Shown here piece by piece: positions 37,640 to 50,382 of a stretch of DNA of 64,000 bases (position 1 is its first letter; each line of letters starts with the position of its first letter). Source of the DNA: Azolla caroliniana (Eukaryota > Plantae > Polypodiophyta); assembly GCA_043228905.1 (NCBI GenBank), contig JBHGNT010000016.1:3286001-3350000 (forward strand), written 5' to 3'. The notes beneath the pieces are model-generated. The model did no database searches. It saw only the letters and a list, made by a program, of their open reading frames with translations, and was not told where the DNA came from. A program made the translations under genes and the position numbers.

Positions 37640-39773
37640 TTCTTCTTCTTCTTCTTCTTCTTCACATCAAACTAATGTCCAATTCAATTTCAATGGCTTC
37701 TCCGTCACAGATGTCTCCCGCTTCAACTTCACCCAAGACTCCAACATACAATTCACTGCATTGCAGGTGACATATGATACCGGTTGTTGTGACAATGCCA
37801 TCCTCAATGCGTCGGGCCAAATCACATATACCACTCCCCTCCGTCTCTGGGATACTGAATACAACTACACAGCTTCCTTCAATACCTCCTTCTTGATCAA
37901 CATAGGGCCGACCCAAAATGCCGGAAAGAACAACTCCGGTGGCGGAATGGCCTTCATACTTAGCTCGCATCCTGCACAGGATGTGCCCAATAGCTATGGG
38001 GCAGGGCTCGGCCTCATCGATCCTTCAAGCCCCTCACCCACCAATGATTCTCACTTTGTTGCTATCGAATTCGACACCTTTTATGACCCCGGCATTGACC
38101 CCCACAATGCCAACCATGTTGGCATCAATGTCGACACTGTCAAGTCCGTGGTCACCCGAGACCTCGATGCATATAACATCACTTTGAATCAGAATCTCAA
38201 AGACAAGGGAACCTACACATGGGTTTGGATCGATTATGATGGCCATGCCAAGGCCTTCCACATTTTCCTCGCTAACCAGGTCTCGGACAGCACGGTCCCA
38301 AAACCTAAGGTGCCTGTGATTTCTCGATATCACTTAGAACTCGAGCGGATCCTTCCGGAGAATGTCTACTTGGGCTTCTCTGGATCCACAGGCACCACCA
38401 GAGAGACCCACTGTGTCCGACAATGGCACTTCAGCTCCACTAGCTTCCCCAAGAAAAACAACAAAACCCTAATCAAAACCCTAATCATAGGCCTCTCTGT
38501 GGGCTTATCCATAGTTATCCTTCTCATAGCTTCCATGGTGACGCTCTGCATTATCAAAAAGAGGAAAGTGAAACCAGATCTACTTGAGGATTTGCGAGGT
38601 CTAAACTATGGCCCCAGGAGATTCTCTTACAGGGAGCTGAAGAAGGCCACCGGAGGGTTCAGTGAAGAGAACAAGCTTGGGGAAGGAGGGTTTGGCTCAG
38701 TGTACAGGGGGAAGCTAGCCTCCGTCAGCACAGAGATCGCAGTGAAGTGCCTGTCGTCCAAATCCGCACAAGGCAAGAGGGAGTTCAAAGCAGAGATACG
38801 AAGCATGGGGAGGATGAGACACAAGAACCTGGTCCAGCTCCTTGGGTGGAGCTATGACAACTGCAAAGGAAAGCTCCTCTTGGTGTATGAGTACATGCCC
38901 AATGGAAGCTTAGACAGATGGCTGTCTACAGGAGGCAGGAATTCTCGGCATAGCTCCACAGATCCACATCTTTTCAGTTGGGAGAGAAGATACAACGTGT
39001 TGAGAGGAGTTGCGGCAGGCCTTCTCTACCTCCACGAAGAATGGGAGATGGTGGTCATACACAGAGATCTGAAGCCTAGCAACGTGATGCTGGATGAGGA
39101 TTTCAATGCGAGATTAGGCGATTTCGGGCTAGCCAAACTCATCAGAAACCAGGACCGTAACTGTAACCCTGATGGATATGAACAGAGTACTCGGAGGTTT
39201 TCAATCGCTGGGACTCCAGGTTATATAGCACCCGAATGTTATGAGGCAGGATCCGCAACAAAGGAGTCGGATGTGTACAGTTTCGGAACCATGGCTATGG
39301 AGGTTGTCACAGGAACGAAACTGTGTCCACAGATTTTGCATTGGCTATGGAAGATTAAGGAAGAGGGCGGTAACATTCTGAATAGTGAGTTTGCAGCGGA
39401 GAACGGTATCTGCTACAGCTCCCATGGAAGCTCAGAAGAGAGGGAGCAGATGGAGATGGTGCTAGAGATGAGCTTGGCGTGCTGCCATCCTGATCCATCC
39501 TGTAGACCCACTGTAAGCCAGATCGTCCATGCCCTTTCTTCTGCTAATGGTGATGGAGACCCAATGTTCGCCATCACCGTGACCTCGGAAATGATGGATC
39601 GTTATAACAGAATGTCTGCATATACCTACTCTGAGGAATTCTGGGATCCTCCACCTCCTCCTCCTCCTACTACTGCTACGTCTTCTTCTTCTTCTTCTTC
39701 TTCTTCTTCTTCTTCTGATTTTGCCACTGGCATGGATTCTTCCATCTCTGCGCCATCGCTGACAGGGAGGTAA
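37524..39773 (+). CDS. L-type lectin-domain receptor-like Ser/Thr kinase, copy E (749 aa, intronless)
   Basis: Uninterrupted ORF: signal peptide, long poly-Ser, lectin domain, TM helix, complete kinase (HRDLKPSN, DFGLA, GTPGYIAPE), Pro/Ser-rich tail. Confidence 0.96.
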
Positions 39774-40278
39774 GAGGAAGGAGCTCCATCCCCATCTGAG
39801 TTACCTGCAGGCTCCATACACACACTCCCAGTAGGGGTATTCCAATAATTTTGGGAAAATACACACGTATATACATACGGTGCTTGTACGATTCACAATT
39901 GAGGTACACTAATGTAACTCTTAAGATTTTTCATGCACATATATATTTCTTCTTCGTGAGTCGATTCCTACATGTTAGATGGTGGATTCCATCTCACACA
40001 AACCCATCTCCTTCTGGATGAAAAATAGAGTTATCTCCCTCCAAACACACACTCTGGGGCGGAGGGGTATTTCCATCATTTTTGCAAAACACACACAAAT
40101 ATACATACGGTGTTTGTACGATTCAGATTTGTACATTAATGCAACACTTAAGATTTTTCATGCATATATTTCTTCTTCACGAGTTGATTCCTACAAGTTG
40201 GATGGTGAATTCGATCTCACAAAGACCCACACCATATATATTCTAGTGTTGGATGACCTACTTTCAAGTGAAACATAC

Positions 40279-40327
<49 letters not shown>

Positions 40328-40329
40328 AA

Positions 40330-40871
40330 ATGGATGTAGCTCAGTTGGTAAGGTTGCCCAATGGAGACCAGGTGGTCATGGCCTACATTCCACAGTGGCA
40401 TCTAATGAATTAAGAGATATATAAGAAGTATATAATAGAGAGGTGAAGAAGTTGAGAGAGAGAGAGAGAGAGAGAAATATTAACGTCTTCTAAGACCAAA
40501 ATTGGCCCATGAGACAATTGGTTTACAATAAAAATGGGGTATTTACCCATTCATCAAAAGTAAAAAAGAAAAAGAAACAAAAGAATAGAACTTAAGCTAA
40601 AGGGTTCTAACAAAAAAAGAAAAACATGTTCTATAAGGAAATGACTTTATACTAGGCCTAATTTAATTTCCATCCAAGTCTCTCGAAAAGAAGCGGGAGG
40701 TCAAAGGGTTTCGATGTGGAGGTGGCTTGTGGTCCCAATGGAAAAGATACCACAACCATAGCTGCTAGGCAATAGCTCACATTCCCTTATCTTGTTAATT
40801 GTTTCTACTCCACGTCGAGTTGCTTTGAAGCCCGACATCCGAGGGCGTTTGGTTGTTCTTTGCATTTCTAC

Positions 40872-40913
<42 letters not shown>

Positions 40914-41067
40914 AGGTGGTCATGGGTTCAACCCCTACATTCCACAGTGGCATCTAATGAAATAAAGATATATATGAAGTATATAATAGAGAGGTGAGGA
41001 AATTGGGTTTCAAACCCAAGACACAGTGCTTGTAGTGTTATCGACTTACCACTAGGGTAAGCTAATT
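40330..41067. other. Degenerate tRNA-derived (SINE-like) modules among (GA)n tracts
   Basis: A-box TAGCTCAGTTGG (40337); a duplicated downstream segment with B-box GGTTCAACCC (40925); an opposite-strand module TACCCTAGTGG...GGTTTGAAACC (41059 to 41006). Not intact tRNA genes. Confidence 0.6.
40477..40875 (-). mobile_element. 3' fragment of the same RTE-X-like LINE family, flanked by (GA)n
   Basis: Reverse complement matches 29650-30017 (AAACCAATTGTCTCATGGGCCAA...TTAGAAGACGTTAATA). Confidence 0.85.
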
Positions 41068-44000
41068 ACAATAAAGAGAGAAAGGTTGTAATGGCTTCCA
41101 TTTCATTCAGTTTGGTTAAATCTGGAATAGACATAGTTAATAGATTGCGCCCCCCTTGGCCATATTGTCATGTAGTTTTTGTTGTGTAGGTGTGAGAATG
41201 ACCTAGTGATTACATTAGGTTGTGTGTTGCGCTTCCTCTGACGATACTCGATGACCGTGTTATGCTTTGGGAGAGGTGTGCATTCATCCAAAGCTAATGT
41301 TTTGACAAAAAAAAGCAACCGAGTTTGGATTTAGTTGATTGAGGCTCATTAGACTATTCAACCATATCCACCATCGAAGAAGCACCATTTAAGAGCTGAT
41401 GTGTTTAGGGCAAGTAGGAGAATCCAAAAACACATAGCAAATGGAACTCCTCTACGTCACAATTACTCATGTCAAGGAAAGTTTCCTTCTACACAATTTC
41501 GTGGATGTGACCCCATGATCATCATTAAGTCTCAACATAATTCTGCACATATGATCAAGGGTATACCACTGTCTTAAATTAAGTTTTTACTTTACAAACA
41601 TGAAACCAGATGAGGAATAAAGATTCTTGTATAAATTATAAGGTAAAGATTACCATATTCTTATGACGCAAACATTTTGAGCCCTTCTATTCTATTACTT
41701 CAACAATTTATTTGAAACTCGAACAAAACACCTTATCCATAAAGAATTTCCACCCTTCATCAATGGTAATACAACTCCTTAGTTTACATTTTTCATTGCC
41801 TAAGAAGTTATGACGTACCAAAAAGGTTGGACAGTGATATCATTGAAAATACTTGTTTGTCCCCATTCACAAGCAACATGTGACTTTTTACATTGTCCCT
41901 TTGTAGAAAGTTGCTTTCGAGACTAGGAATGAATCATCAATGATGTACTTGTGGAACTCCAAATTGTGTAGTGCAAATAGAACCAATGAGCCATTATGCT
42001 TATGTTTATACTCCTTTCTAGCTCCTAGTTATGTCTAGGGCCTGAATTTGAATTCTAGCTCCTAGTTATGTCAAGCCATGCCGCAACACTCCACGATGCT
42101 GTTCCTTCCACTTCACATGCCGCAAGGAGGTGAGTCACTCTATCCCATACCTTTTGAGCTTGAGGGCAATCCCACATACAATGCCTCAGAGTCTCAATAG
42201 GTGAATGGCAAAGTGGGCAGCCTAACGGGCCGCCATGTTTACCTAGCCATTTGCCAACAGGAACCACATTATGACCGATTTGCCACCAAAATAACTTTAT
42301 CGTTTCCGGCATGTGGAGACGCCAGAGATCCTTCCAAAAGGTAATGAGCACCTCATCAGGGATGCCCAATGTATGCTAGCCATTGCGTAAGGGGCCGTCT
42401 AGCTGCAGTTGAAAAGTCCGGCCCAATTTAGTGTTGTGCTCAAAGAAATGATGAAATCTGCCATCATGTTTCCACCTGAAATCCCTTGGGTTCCATTCTA
42501 GTTCGACGAGGGGACGACAACCATATACCCATAACTTCCAATGGGGTTCCACCTTAGCAACATCCGGGTCTGTCTTCCAGATGTTACCAACCTACGCCAC
42601 CACGAGGATTGGGTGCCAAGAGCCCCTACTCTGACTCTCCCCAAACATTGTATCTCTTCCTGATCTGCTCATGCCCTTCAACAACCTAACCCTTCCAGCC
42701 TCATCAAAGTGACCAAACCAAGCATCTTCTCTCACCTCACCCAATCGGAACCCTATCAACTGCCTCAACTATCAATCTCCGCATTTTCATGGCTCCCTTG
42801 AGGGGAGGGAATGGGACCTCCTAGGCTCCTCCTAAAGCCACCGTGTGTCTCCAATCATCTATAGAGTGGAGCCCTGTTTGTGCTAGCGTTCCCCATGCTA
42901 AGCCCTTAAGCTGGCCTAACATCATGTCGTCACTTGTTCGCACCTGAGGGTTCCAAAATAATGGTTGTCTAGACCACTCGATTAGTGTCTCCGGCGTGTG
43001 CTTGACCAAATGATGTCGTACATGACACCATGCCTGCAAGATGGAATTCGTGACCCTCTCCTCCGGAAGACAAGCCAACTTGGGTGGGACTCCGCTCGTG
43101 CAACACCAATTCAAGGAGTCGGGCCAAAGCCTACCATACTTGGGAGTCCTTGCCTGCAACCCATTGCAAAGTAGAACCTTCCAACACCCCTTACTTGGCA
43201 GGAGGCGTCGAACCACCATTTTGGCTAGCAATGCTCGACTTTGCATTAAGGGTTCTATGAGGCCAAGCCCCCCTGGCGGCAGCCATCGGGTTATCCTTAC
43301 ATGACCATATAAACCCCCTAATGGCAGCCTTAAACACGTGCAAACCTGAAGGGTCCATAATCCAGCATGAGACGGAGTGCCACATGGTGGCGAGCATCAC
43401 TTGGTTCGCAATAAGAAACCTAACAACAAAGGATAGTTTAGACCCGCTCCATTGTTTCAACTTCTTGCTTAGTTTGGCTTGCACATGGGACAATTGTGCT
43501 CCCTTGGGGATTGCCCTCCCCATCGTAAATCCGAGGTACTTGAATGTTGTCCCATCAGGGACCCATGCAAAATTAGCATGGGTATGCCACCTTGGCTTCT
43601 CTTGTTTGCTGAATGAGAGGCCTTGGGTTTTATCCCAATTGACCTTGGCACTAACAACCTAACAAAAGTCCTGAACAAGATGTTCAACTCCCTGCAAATT
43701 TGCATCATCGCCCTCCAAGAAAAGGACCGTATCGTCAGCATATTTAGATAACAGAAGATCCTAAGTCAGATTGGGGATGGGCAATCCCCTCAGTCCTTTG
43801 CTTGGTGCTTGTAAGTAGGCAGAGAAAGCATTGATTACAAATAGATAGAGATATGGGGCTAGGGGACAACCTTGCCTCACTGAGCGATGTAGTTGGAAGG
43901 TGGGGCCCCTAGCACCAGATACCAACATGCTACTGGTAGCAGTCCGATAGAGTGCAGAAGTGCAATTCCTCCATTATTGGGGAAGGCCCATAGCTCTCAT

Positions 44001-45404
44001 CACTCTTTCCAAAAAGGGTCATAACACCCTGTCGTAGGCCTTCTCAAAGTCTAACATCAGAATAGCCGAGCTCGATATGGCGCAATCTGCCAATGCCATA
44101 ACTTCCCAGAGAAGCAACACATTATCAAAGATACACCTACCCCTAATAAACCCTATTTGATTCTCATGTATGATGTCCGGTAGGAAGCTTGCTATTTGTC
44201 TAGCTAGGACTTTTGCGAGTATCTTGTATATCGTGTTAAGGATCGTGATTGGATGCCACTGGCGTAGCTCGACGCTTTGCCCTGCCGCTTTAGGGATGGG
44301 ATAGATCATCCCCTCAGCCAAGCCAGTTGGCATCGCTCCTGAGGTCCAAATCTCCCGAATCCCGGCTTCCAATGACGGGATAACAGTTTCCTAATGAATC
44401 TCAAAAAAATCTCGTGAGAGACCATCGGGGCCGGGGCATGCTCCTCTCCACAAATCCCTAAGTGCCTTTGAGAGTTCTAATTGAGAAATGGGGCCATCGA
44501 GCACAACTTCCATCTCATGGGTTACCTTGGGGTGAATTCAAGCCAACACCCTCTTAGCCAGCTCCATGTTTTGCCGCATATGCATAGGTGCGAGTAGGTC
44601 GCGATAGTATTGTGTTGCCATATGTAGAATCTCATCCTTGTCCTCCGTTATTGAGCCGTCTGGTTTGCACAACCCTTCTATATGTCCACCACCACCCTTG
44701 GGTGCCCTGGAGAGAAAGAAATGATGGTTGACCTTGTCGTCTGTTCTAGCCCACCATGCTGCGGTCCTTCGAAATAGCATTCAGTTCTTCTCCAACGTCC
44801 TTTCCCGCAGCTTTATCTTTGTTGGAGGGTGGCAGCTCCAACCCTGAACTCTCTTTCATCTTTATTATCTTTGTACTATATTCTCTCCCTTCCCAGATTC
44901 TTCCCTCTCTAGAATCTGCAACTCCTTTAATGTCGTCTCTCTCTAGAATTTGTAATGCTTTAAATGCCTTTTTTCTCTTCTACTTTTTCCAAGATATTCC
45001 CTTTTATTCCTAGTTTTTTGTACCTGTTTGGTAGTACAAGAGCCACTTTACTACCAAACAACCATTTCACCCACTTTCCCCAATTTTGTATAAATAGGTT
45101 ATACCAGCCTCTTTTGAAAAGACTTTTTTTACTTTGGTTGCTACTTAAAAACAAGCTCTATTCCTTGGCGGTGTCTTTGCTCTTTGCAACCATTTTTTCT
45201 ACTGCTGTCTAACAACCTTCTCACAGCTTGGCTGTGCCTATTTTGTTTTAAGTCTTCCGCTGCTGCTATTAACAGATTTTCTCACATGGTATCAGAGCAG
45301 TGAGGTCTCCATATCCTCAGCCTGATTTTTTTTGCCAAAGAGCACACAGACCTATCTTCTTTTATCCCTCCCTCCCAACCCTGTAGCTCAAGAGGAGGAT
45401 ATCC

Positions 45405-48400
45405 ATGGCCTCACATGCCACCATTGTTTCATCAACCATTCCCCAACTCCCCAAAGAATCCATCTTGGATGGGAACAATTACTTGGATTGGGAGCTACAA
45501 ATAAAGACCTTGCTACAATACCATCGTTTATGGAATGTAGTCAATGGTAGTGACAAGAAACCACCATTAACTTCATCCTCTTCAACCAAATCAGTTGCTG
45601 GCTCATCTAACGCTGAGATTGAAGCTTGGCTAGATAAGGATTCTCATGCTCATGCTTTCCTCATGTTTAATATTAAACCGAGCATCGCTCGTCAATTTCA
45701 AGATAAAGATGACGAGACAGCCAATGAACTATGGACAACCATCAAAAGGAGGTATCATCGAGCTAATCATGCTCAAATGATAGCTATTGAAAGACAACTA
45801 GCAAATCTCAAGATTCATGACACTCCCAACATCATGGATCAAATAACGGAATTTGTCACTCTCCAAAAGGAACTAGTTTCTTTGGGAAGCAAGTCCACTG
45901 AAGTTGAGTTTGTGCATCGTCTAATGATAAAGTTGTCTGAGTCATTCTCAGCCTTTTGTGACACCATTTCTCTTCTTCCCAACACACCTGACATGAATAC
46001 ATTTCTTGGTATGCTACAAGATAGGGCAACAAGGAAGAAAAGTGCTCAAACTTCCAATGAGACGCTTCTACATGCGACAAGTAAAGGCAAGTGGAAGCAA
46101 AATGGTAACTCCTACAACAAACCCAATCCAAGACCGCCAAACAACCCAGCTTACAAGGAGCTCACTTGTCATTATTGTGGCTACAAAGGTCACATTCAGC
46201 CAGATTGTCGGAAAAAGAAAAGGGACAATACTAAGAACTCTTCTTCTACCAGAAATCAACCTACACCGAAATCCAACTCGGCCCACTCAGCCAAAGAAAC
46301 AGTTTTCCTTGGCATTGAGGAACATACTTCACATTTGGCTGGACCAACTACTTCAACCATCGATGAGTGGTTAGTAGATAGTGGTGCCACTTCACACATG
46401 ACCTATGACAAATCCATTTTGCATGATGTGAAGCCTAGCTCTTCCCAAATCTCTATAGGAGATGCCTCAAGCATTGAGGCTTCATGTGTGGGTAATGTGG
46501 TTCTTGACAATTCTTCAAGTGAAGAACCTGTCGTTCTTCAAGATGTACTACATGTGCCTCGCATCTCTACCAACCTACTTTCGGTTTACAAAATCACCAA
46601 GCAAGGTTATGGAGTCTACTTTGATAGCTCAGTTTTGGAAGTGATTGACACCAATAGCCTACAAATTGTAGCTAGTGGCACACAAGAAGGGGGTTTATAT
46701 CGGCTAAAAAGCTCCCATAGCCCCTTGGAAAACTCCAAATCTCATCATCTTCATCTTCTTCAAGGCTCTCATGCCTTGGTGGCACAAGAAGATCCCACAT
46801 TGTGGCATGCTAGGTTTGGTCATCTCAACTATGATTCTCTTCAAAAGCTCTCCTCCTCCCAACTAGTTGAGGGTCTTCCTATTTTCAAATCTCCCAATAC
46901 CCCATGTGTTGCTTGTCTTCATGGCAAGCAACATCAAGAGCCTTTCCCTCATGAAGCCACTCACCGGGCAACATCTATCTTGGAGTTAGTGCACATGGAT
47001 CTTTGTGGTCCCATGAAAACCACTACTCTTGGTGGTGCACGCTACTTCATGCTTATAATTGATGATTTCTCCCGCAAGGTTTGGGTTTATTTTCTTGTAG
47101 AAAAATCCCAAGCCTTCACAAAATTTCAAGAATGGGTAGCTCTCGTGGAGAACGAGACATTGAAGAAAGTTCGAAAGATCAGGTCGGACAATGGTGGAGA
47201 GTTTATCTCCAAAGCTTTCCACCATTTCTGCTCTCAACGAGGCATTGCTCGCCAATTTTCTACACCCAATAATCCTCAACAAAATGGAGTCGTAGAAAGG
47301 AAGAACCGGACAGTCCAAGAGATGGCTCGTATGATGCTATCTCAATCTGATCTTCCTCTCTCATTTTGGGGTGAAGATGTCAACACAGCAGTCTACACCA
47401 TCAACTACTGCCCAACAAAAGCAGTTGCTAGAATGACGCCTGAAGAAGCATTTATAGGTGTAAAGCCCTCAGTATCTCATTTTAAAGTCTTTGGTTGTGA
47501 TGCTTATGTTCACATTTCAGATCATAAAAGGACGAAATTTGAGTCCAAAACCAAGAAATGCAAATTTCTTGGTTACAGCACACAATCTAAAGCATACAGG
47601 TTATGGGATTTAGAGTCAAAGTCCCTAGTCATATCTAGGGATGTTCATTTTGTGGAGTCTCAGCCGGATGACTCTAGGATTTCACCTGAGTTCATGGTTG
47701 AAATCCAAGCTCCTCCGGAATCTCCTATTTTAGACGAAGATGTCTCATCTTCAAGCCCCCCATCTCCTCCTACTAAATCTCTAACTTCGCCAACAATTCA
47801 AACCTCTCCCTCAACTCCATTTGTTTCCACTCCCTCTACAAACCAGCTTCCACCACTTCCCAAGTGGCTTCAAGCCACCATTCGTGATTCTCATCTCTCC
47901 GATGCTGAACTTCATGAGTATACATATGGTTCTCGAACACGTAAGTCACAACGGCCTCTTCACTCATGCAACTTTGCCTTATTGTGCACTGTTGTGCAAT
48001 CAAAAGAACCCACAACAGCAAAAGAGGCCCTTGTTCTTCCAAAGTGGACAACAGCAATGGAAGTTGAACTTGATTCCATTGAGCGGAATCATACATGGGA
48101 GCTGGTCCCACGACCTCCACATCGACAAGTCATTGGATTGAAATGGATTTTCAAGACCAAATACCATGCTGATGGTACTTTGGATAAGCACAAGGCACGT
48201 TTAATGGCAAAAGGCTACTCACAAGTTGAAGGAGTGGATTATGAGGAAACTTTTGCTCCAACAGTAAGGTACACATCTATCCGATATGCGCTTGCACTTG
48301 CTGCTCACAACAAATGGGCCATTTTTCAAATGGATGTCAAGTCAGCCTTCCTTAACGGTGACTTAAAAGAGGAGGTTTATGTTGAACAGCCTCTAGGTTT

Positions 48401-50382
48401 CGAGATTTTAGAGTGGAAAAACATGGTCTACAGGTTACACAAAGCCTTGTATGGCTTAAAGCAAGCTCCCAAAGCTTGGCATGACAAAATTGATAGCTTC
48501 TTTCTTTCTCTTGGGTTTCAAAACTGTAATGCTGACAACAATCTCTATGTTTTTTCCCAAGATAATTTGCTTTGCTTGATCATATTATATGTTGACGACC
48601 TTCTAATTACAGGGTCCCTTGCATCTAAAATCGAGGAGGTCCGCATTGACCTCAAAACAACCTTTGAAATGACTGATCTAGGACTTCTCCATTATTTCAT
48701 AGGTATGGAGGTCTATCAATCACATGGTGGTATCTTTCTCAGCCAACATAGGTATCTCAGGCAGCTCCTTGAGACCTATAACATGACAAATTGCAAGCCA
48801 TTGTCCTGTCCAATGGATCCAAACTCAAAGCTATCTCGTGAAGAAGATTCTCCCATATTTGAGGATATCACGAAATATAGGAGATTAATCGGGTCCCTTC
48901 TTCACTTAACTTATACCAGGCTTGATTTGTCCTATAGTGTGAGTATTCTCAGCCAATTCTCAACTGCTCCAAGACAAAGTCATTGGCAAGCAGCTATTCG
49001 AGTTCTTCGGTATTTGGCCAACACACTCGACTATGGTCTATCTTTTAGAGGCGGCATTGAGCTTGTTGGCTACTCATATGCTGATTGGGCAGGTGATATT
49101 GATTCTAGAAGGTCCACATCTGGCTATTGTTTTATGTTAGGTTCAGGCTTGATTTCTTGGAAATCGAAGAAGCAAAACTCAGTTTCTACTTCATCGACGG
49201 AAGCTGAATATCGCGCCTACTTGGATACTTGTTGTGAGTTGCTATGGTTGATGCAATTGTTTTCTCACATTGGTGTTTTGCAAGCCTCTCCTATTGCAGT
49301 TTTCACCGACAGCCAAAGTGCACGTTGTCGTGAAGGATTTGCTTCACGATATAAAAATAAATTTAAATATTGAATTCAGTAATATTTCAAACACTTGAAC
49401 CTACAACCTTATAAGCCAAGCACAATGTATATACCAATAGGGTAGGCTATTTGTTTTTAGAAATGTTGTCAAGAATGTGCTTCACTATATAAGAATAAAC
49501 TTAAATATTGTATTAAGTAAAATTGACGGACTTGAACCCTCAACCTTGTATATCAAGCACAAAGCATACACCACTAAGCTAGGCTATTTGTTTTAGGGTT
49601 ATATCCATCATTATACTTATCCCAATACATGGGAGCTCAAATGAGCATGATGGCTATCATGCATCACATGGAATGCATGTGCGCCAAATGGCGATCATGC
49701 ATAAGATGTAACTCATGCATTACATGAATGCCATTACCATATGCATGGAAATACTTATAAAAAGAGGGGCAAGGAAAACAAGAAAGGAATCAAGAGAGGG
49801 TGAGAAAATAATACAATTAATTAAAGAAGACTAGCTCATTGGGTGGAGAACCTCTCGTTTCGAAGTTGAGGTCGTGAGTTCGAATCAAGGGTCGGTAGAG
49901 AAAGGGTTCATCTTGCTACCAAACATTGTAAAGTTGGTAAAATCTTGTATTCGTAATACATATCATATACTTTTTTGTCTTAAATCATACTTTGTCTCTA
50001 TCTTGCGTCTTGAATCATACATTGCCTCTATCTTTTATCTATACTAGTCTCTCTCTCACACATATTACTTTAAACTATTATTCTTCATATCCTTTATCTT
50101 CCTAACATTTGCGCGCAAGCCTTATAAAAGTTCCTTCAACTCCCCTTAACCTTAGTCCCTGCGACTTCGCCGCAACAACCACAACTACCCCGACAACGTG
50201 CCTTGGCACATAGCTCAGCATTTCATGGTAGAACAAAACACATCGAAGTGCACTACCATTTTGTTCGTGACTTAGTGAAATCACAAGTCATCAACTTGGC
50301 ATATTGCCCTACTCAAGAAAATGTGGCTGATTTATTTACTAAGCCACTTCCAAGGCAAGCCATTGATCAACTCCTTGATTGA
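45405..50382 (+). pseudogene. Copia gag-pol polyprotein, interrupted in RNase H by an 870-bp insertion
   Basis: Gag knuckle CHYCGYKGHIQPDC, protease LVDSGAT, integrase (HMDLCGP, SDNGGEF, ERKNR), RT YVDD. Removing 49326-50199 restores DSQSARALAH...RTKHIEVHYHFVRD...ADLFTKPL. The first RNase H Asp reads Y (GYSYADWAG). Confidence 0.95.
49326..50195 (+). mobile_element. Solo-LTR-like insertion with 4-bp TSD ACGT and three tRNA-like modules
   Basis: TGTCGTGAAG...CCCCGACA; ACGT at 49322-49325 and 50196-50199; TATAAAAAGAGGGG at 49756. Confidence 0.9.

Noticed and set aside
40330-49895. Genuine tRNA genes
   Set aside because: A/B boxes are present, but acceptor and anticodon stems could not be folded and there are no clear terminators; treated as tRNA-derived modules.
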